From: Anthoceros angustus | Taxonomy: Eukaryota > Plantae > Anthocerotophyta | DNA: 64,000 nucleotides | Direction of reading: 5' to 3' | Assembly: GCA_010909165.1 (NCBI GenBank) | Contig: MU008197.1 | Location: 434,001 to 498,000 of the forward strand | Shown here: positions 59,092 to 64,000 of the stretch, piece by piece | Numbering within the stretch: the first letter of the stretch is position 1 | How the letters are laid out: the number at the start of each line of letters is the position of its first letter | Notes under the pieces: model-generated | What the model was told of the DNA's origin: nothing | What the model saw: only the letters and a program-made list of their open reading frames with translations | Databases searched by the model: none | Position numbers and translations under genes: made by a program

Positions 59092-62069
59092 CACCACCAC
59101 ACCAATAATCCAAGACGTCATATACATACCTCGGGTACATACACGTACAGACTAGGGCATGGGCTAAATCTCCGCACTAACTAACCAACATAGAACGAAC
59201 CCTTCCCAAGCACGAGGGACCCACCATCAAACCATCGCTTCTCCTATGCCATATGCCACTGCCACCGGGAGTGTAACCGTAGCAGATCTATCGGCTAAGA
59301 AAGAGTGTTGGACTTACATAGCGTTCACGGCTGGTGGGAGGAGTGGTTACATGGGCAGTAAAGAACATGGTGGTTATGCACACTAGCCTTAGATAAGATT
59401 TCACATCACACATGTTGATCATTTTAAGCCTCCATGGATTCTCATTTAGTTATCATTTATCTCCAATAACCCAGCATTTTTCGTGCCTCATTATAAATTG
59501 TTTGGCATTTTTTATGTCCACCGGGTGATATTATAGGGTAGTGTTTGTGTGTCCAAATGGCTTAGGCCAAATGAGCATTTGTAAGAATATGATTGTTAAG
59601 CATCGAATGGTTGTTAAGCATCATGCGCTTGGATCGGTATTTAGATGGGGTGTCAGAGGAATGGAGACTCAGTAAAGGGGTGGCTTGGTTCAGACTTAGA
59701 TGGGGTACTTAGAATGAGTGGAGGTCCCAGGGGCGGAGGCCCCTGGGATTAGGCACACCATGGTACAAGTTGTCGAGTACCAAGTCCCATGATAAGAAAA
59801 TTCCATCCAAGTGGACTATAATAGACTTCTTCTACTTCTTATCTTATACTAAGATTGAAATAGCATACGGGAGTGCGAACTAAGTTAAGACATCGAAATA
59901 GGATAGAAGAGGAAGAATTTTATTTAAGTCCATCGAAATAGGATAGAAGAAGAGGAAGAATTTTATTTAAGTCCACTAAGGACATTTGTCATGGGACTTG
60001 GTACTTAACAACTTGTACCATGGTGTGCCTAAGCTACTTGCACCAAGGGCATCCACTCCTTTAGCCACCCATCTAAGTCTCGATCTAAGCGCGAGGATTC
60101 TTAATAACGACATTCTTATGAATGCGTGTCCATTTGGCCTAAGCCATTTGGACTACGGAGGAGTGCTATGGACTATGATAGACTCCTTCTTCTTCTTCTT
60201 ATCTTATACCAAGATCGAAATAGGGGCAGTGCTAAGTTGGATGATCGAAATAGGATTGGAGTGCTAATTTAGGAGATCGAAATAGGTTAGGAGAGTGCTA
60301 TGAACTATGATAAACTTCTTCATTCTTCATTATGGTACAAGTTGTTAAGTACCAAGTTCCATGAAATCCATCCTTAGTGGACTTAAATAAAATTCTTCTT
60401 CTTCTTCTTCTTCTTGTTATATTATACCAAGATCGAAATAGGGTATGCAATGCCAAGTTAGAATATCAAAATAGGATATGGGTGCTAAGTTTTACGGAGG
60501 CAGAGATGACCGAGATATGCAAGTTGCAAGGTTTTGCCACCCTCTGATGGAATAGGTCGGAGGGTTCTTCACCACCACCAATAATCCAAGACGTCATATA
60601 CATACCTCACACGTACAGACTAGGGCATGGGCTAAATCTCCGCACTAACTAACCAACATAGAACGAACCCTTCCCAAGCACGAGGGACCCACCATCAAAC
60701 CATCGCTTCTCCTATGCCATATGCCACTGCCACCAGTGTAACTAGCAGATCTATCGGCTAAGAAAGAGTGTTGGACTTACATAGCGTTCACGGCTGGTGG
60801 GAGGAGTGGTTACATGGGCAGTAAAGAACATGGTGGTTATGCACACTAGCCTTAGATAAGATTTCACATCACACATGTTGATCATTTTAAGCCTCCATGG
60901 ATTCTCATTTAGTTATCATTTATCTCCAATAACCCAGCATTTTTCGTGCCTCATTATAAATTGTTTGGCATTTTTTATGTCCACCGGGTGATATTATAGG
61001 GTAGTGTTTGTGTGTCCAAATGGCTTAGGCCAAATGAGCATTTGTAAGAATATGATTGTTAAGCATCGAATGGTTGTTAAGCATCATGCGCTTGGATCGG
61101 TATTTAGATGGGGTGTGCAGAGGGAATGGAGACCTGTAAAGGGAGTGGCGCTTGGTTCAGCACTTAGATGGGGTACTTAGAATGAGTGGAGGTCCCGAGA
61201 CGGAGCGGAGGCCCCTGGGATTAGGCACACCATGGTACAAGTTGTCGAGTACCAAGTCCCATGATAAGAAAATTCCATCCAAGTGGACTATAATAGACTT
61301 CTTCTACTTCTTATCTTATACTAAGATTGAAATAGCATACGGGAGTGCGAACTAAGTTAAGACATCGAAATAGGATAGAAGAAGAGGAAGAATTTTATTT
61401 AAGTCCATCGAAATAGGATAGAAGAAGAGGAAGAATTTTATTTAAGTCCACTAAGGACGGATTTCCGTCATGGGACTTGGTACTTAACAACTTGTACCAT
61501 GGTGTGCCTAAGCTACTTGCACCAAGGGCATCCACTCCCTTTAGCCACCCCATCTAAGTCTCGATCTAAGCGCAGGATTCTTAATAACGACATTCTTATG
61601 AATGCGTGTCCATTTGGCCTAAGCCATTTGGACTACGGAGGAGTGCTATGGACTATGATAGACTCCTTCTTCTTCTTCTTATCTTATACCAAGATCGAAA
61701 TAGGGTACGGAGTGCTAAGTTGGATGATCGAAATAGGATTCGGGAGTGCTAATTTAGGAGATCGAAATAGGTTAGGAGAGTGCTATGAACTATGATAAAC
61801 TTCTTCATTCTTCATTATGGTACAAGTTGTTAAGTACCAAGTTCCATGACGGAAATCCATCCTTAGTGGACTTAAATAAAATTCTTCTTCTTCTTCTTCT
61901 TCTTGTTATATTATACCAAGATCGAAATAGGGTATGCAATGCCAAGTTAGAATATCAAAATAGGATATGGGAGTGCTAAGTTTTACGGAGACCGAGAGAT
62001 GACCGAGATATGCAAGTTGCAAGGTTTTTGCCACCGGCCTCTGCGATGGAATAGGTCGGAGGGGTTCTT
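59092..62069. repeat. Near-identical tandem duplication, ~1.48-1.50 kb unit (59092-60569 and 60570-62069)
   Basis: caccaccac(a)ccaataatccaagacgtcatatacatacctc starts both copies. They are colinear to gaataggtcggag(g)ggttctt and differ almost only by small indels. Confidence 0.95.
59551..60405. mobile_element. Fold-back / MITE-like module with nested inverted repeats (second copy ~61014-61890)
   Basis: gtccaaatggcttaggccaaatg (59551) is the reverse complement of catttggcctaagccatttggac (60131-60153). 59749-59792 is inverted against 59989-60032, and 59946-60020 against ~60332-60405. The motif gatcgaaatagg recurs many times. Confidence 0.6.
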
Positions 62070-64000
62070 GCCACCAGCCGCTGCGACAGAATAAGATACG
62101 GGATTGCTAAGTTAGAAGATCGAAATTGGATATGGGAGTGCCAAGTTATACAAAGACCAAAACATGACCGAGACATGCAGGTCGCAAGGGTTTCTGCCAT
62201 TAGCATCCGTGATGGTGACGGTGACGGCCGACAGTGGAGCAAACGAATGACTGCTATGCATATTCACACGGGATTTGGATGAGCTAGATGGTGGGTCCCA
62301 CATCCTTTGGGAGGGGTGCTATATAAATTTGTGTGGAGATTTAGCACCTGCCATACAGTAAGCTTTTCAAGCGTAATCAACATAGTATTATTAACCATAT
62401 ACCTACATAGTCCATATTTTAAAACTTTTTTATGAGTGTCACTGCGTATGTGTCCCATCTCCTGCAGTTTACCAAATATTATGGTATATTGCAGGAGATA
62501 TCACGGTTTGATGTTTTATAGATGAGCAATGAAAACCCAACATTAAGCTGAGGTTTGTCCAACATTAGGTGTAGTTGGGTTTTAATAAAAATTACCTAAT
62601 TCAGCGATAGCATTTTTCTTTATTGTATCAGAGTGAATACAACTTTCGTAGTTGTGCCCCAAAAAGAAAGTAACATGATGGCTAATGTGGCAATGGTATG
62701 GGCACCATAATGGCAACTAGGTATGATTGCAAGTCTTGGGTGCAAAAAGGGGAGCGGGAGGAGCTTGAGAACGAGGAGAATAAAGCTGCTGGACGAGAGG
62801 ATTTAGGCAGTTGTCGGAAGTCTCGAAGAGATGCATACATGTGTACAAAGCACGCTATCTTTGCTGGTGACAATTAATGGAAAGGATGTTGCTGTTTGGA
62901 AAACGGAATTTCAATGTCTAAATTGTGAACTGACTACTTGTACTCAAAGGTGATGCAACCCTGGAAAGAACGGGCAAGCACCATGCTTGACAATGAGTTC
63001 CTCTCTTTCATATAAGCCTGAATGATTTCACAATTGTTAAGAACATGTGGAAAGAATTGTGCTATCATGAACCAGACTTCTTACTGACCCAGCTGATGCA
63101 ATACTCGGTTGTATTGTTTACATTTTATTTTTACTCAATATGTGTGTGGACTGCGGACTCCCCCCCTTAGGAAGGTAATGAGCTTGTTTTTGGTTTTTTG
63201 TTAGTGTGGAGTGGAAAATAAGGCGAATAAGGGGAAATAAGGTCGGGAACAGGTGAAAGAGGAATGGACGACTGAAAGGCATAAGGACGGGTAGCGGGAA
63301 ATCGTGGCGTGAGCAGCCGAACTCAGAGTAGGCAGGGGTGAGTTCGATGGACTCGAAAGAGGGCTGCTACTGGAAAAGTAACCGGAAAGGGGTGGAGCGC
63401 GATTGGTAAGGGGGCCACATGGATGGTGCTGAGAGGAGAACGGGCATGCAGCGGACCAGGACTGCAGGGTTATCAGTGGCCGTTATGGGCAGGTAACCAC
63501 GATCCAAGTACATGCGCCAGAGCGGCGGCGGAGTAAGGCGAGAGTAAGCGATGCAAGACTCTGGCAGTTACGGGTGGCGAAAGGACGTCCTCCCGCGCTT
63601 CAGTTACTTCCGACGTTCTAGCGCTGAGAGAAGGCCATTCTCTCGACCGACTTCTCGACAGTTTTCGCGGTCACTTGCGAGCATGCATCCTGCTCTCTGG
63701 CGCTATCTCTTCTGACGCTCAAGCGCCACTACGAGCGGCCATCTCTCCCGAACTGAGCACTCATCGCGGCGGAGCATAGCGGGAGCATTGTTGCCCACCA
63801 CCTCACAGCAGCACACCAGCCGGCGTGCGATTATAGGACCCAAGAAGGCGGCGGAGGTCTGGGAGCCCTAGCGCCTAGTGGAGAAGAACATTGTCACTAG
63901 GCGCTATCCAGATTTTGGACCTTGGCTGAAGGAGGCGGAGGAGCTGGTGCAGGACTGGCACCTGGACATCTTCCAAGCGGTGTGGACTTTTGACAGCATA

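Noticed and set aside
62260-64000. Spliced transposase-like or LINE ORF1-like remnants at the right end
   Set aside because: Exon-like pieces with stops are visible but there is no diagnostic motif, and the last piece is cut by the window edge.
1-64000. tRNA, rRNA, snoRNA or miRNA genes
   Set aside because: No cloverleaf, rRNA signature or convincing C/D-box or miRNA hairpin was recognised by eye. tRNAscan-SE and Infernal would be needed to exclude them.

Overview
Eukaryotic nuclear DNA from a seed-free land plant. My best inference is a hornwort-like compact genome, based on 70-110 nt introns, very short intergenic spacers, PLS-class PPR editing factors with long-L insertions and a WW-type PG box, and a cilia-associated gene that angiosperms lack. 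About 14 host genes can be rebuilt by hand: gamma-COP (5' part), two PLS-E+ PPRs, an SRRM1-like PWI protein, JMJ30/JMJD5, an RluA-family pseudouridine synthase, BRE/BRCC45, an unannotated 112-aa membrane protein candidate, a 10-exon C11orf65/MFI homolog, PTAC16, PEX7, a BAHD acyltransferase, Hsp110/HSP70-14, an LRR-less MDIS-like pseudokinase and a PWI+RRM protein. Three repeat or TE zones lie between them: about 10.1-20.4 kb (with an ~830-bp tandem array), 33.6-38.2 kb, and 59.1-64 kb (with a 1.5-kb tandem duplication of a fold-back module). The most unusual observations are: (1) two head-to-head gene pairs whose start codons are only 13 nt (JMJ30/RluA) and 32 nt (BRE/orphan) apart, which forces overlapping 5' ends and possibly dual coding; (2) an intact C11orf65/MFI gene, missing from the ORF track, in a sharply AT-rich island, with a local duplicate showing one-way GC-to-AT erosion, a decoy splice acceptor and a captured C-terminal tail; (3) a TE-derived tandem array with a template-switch insertion. 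Several GC-rich first exons carry single-base deletions in G/C runs, which are probably long-read consensus errors. No rRNA, tRNA or CRISPR array was found. All identifications come from recalled family motifs; no searches were run.
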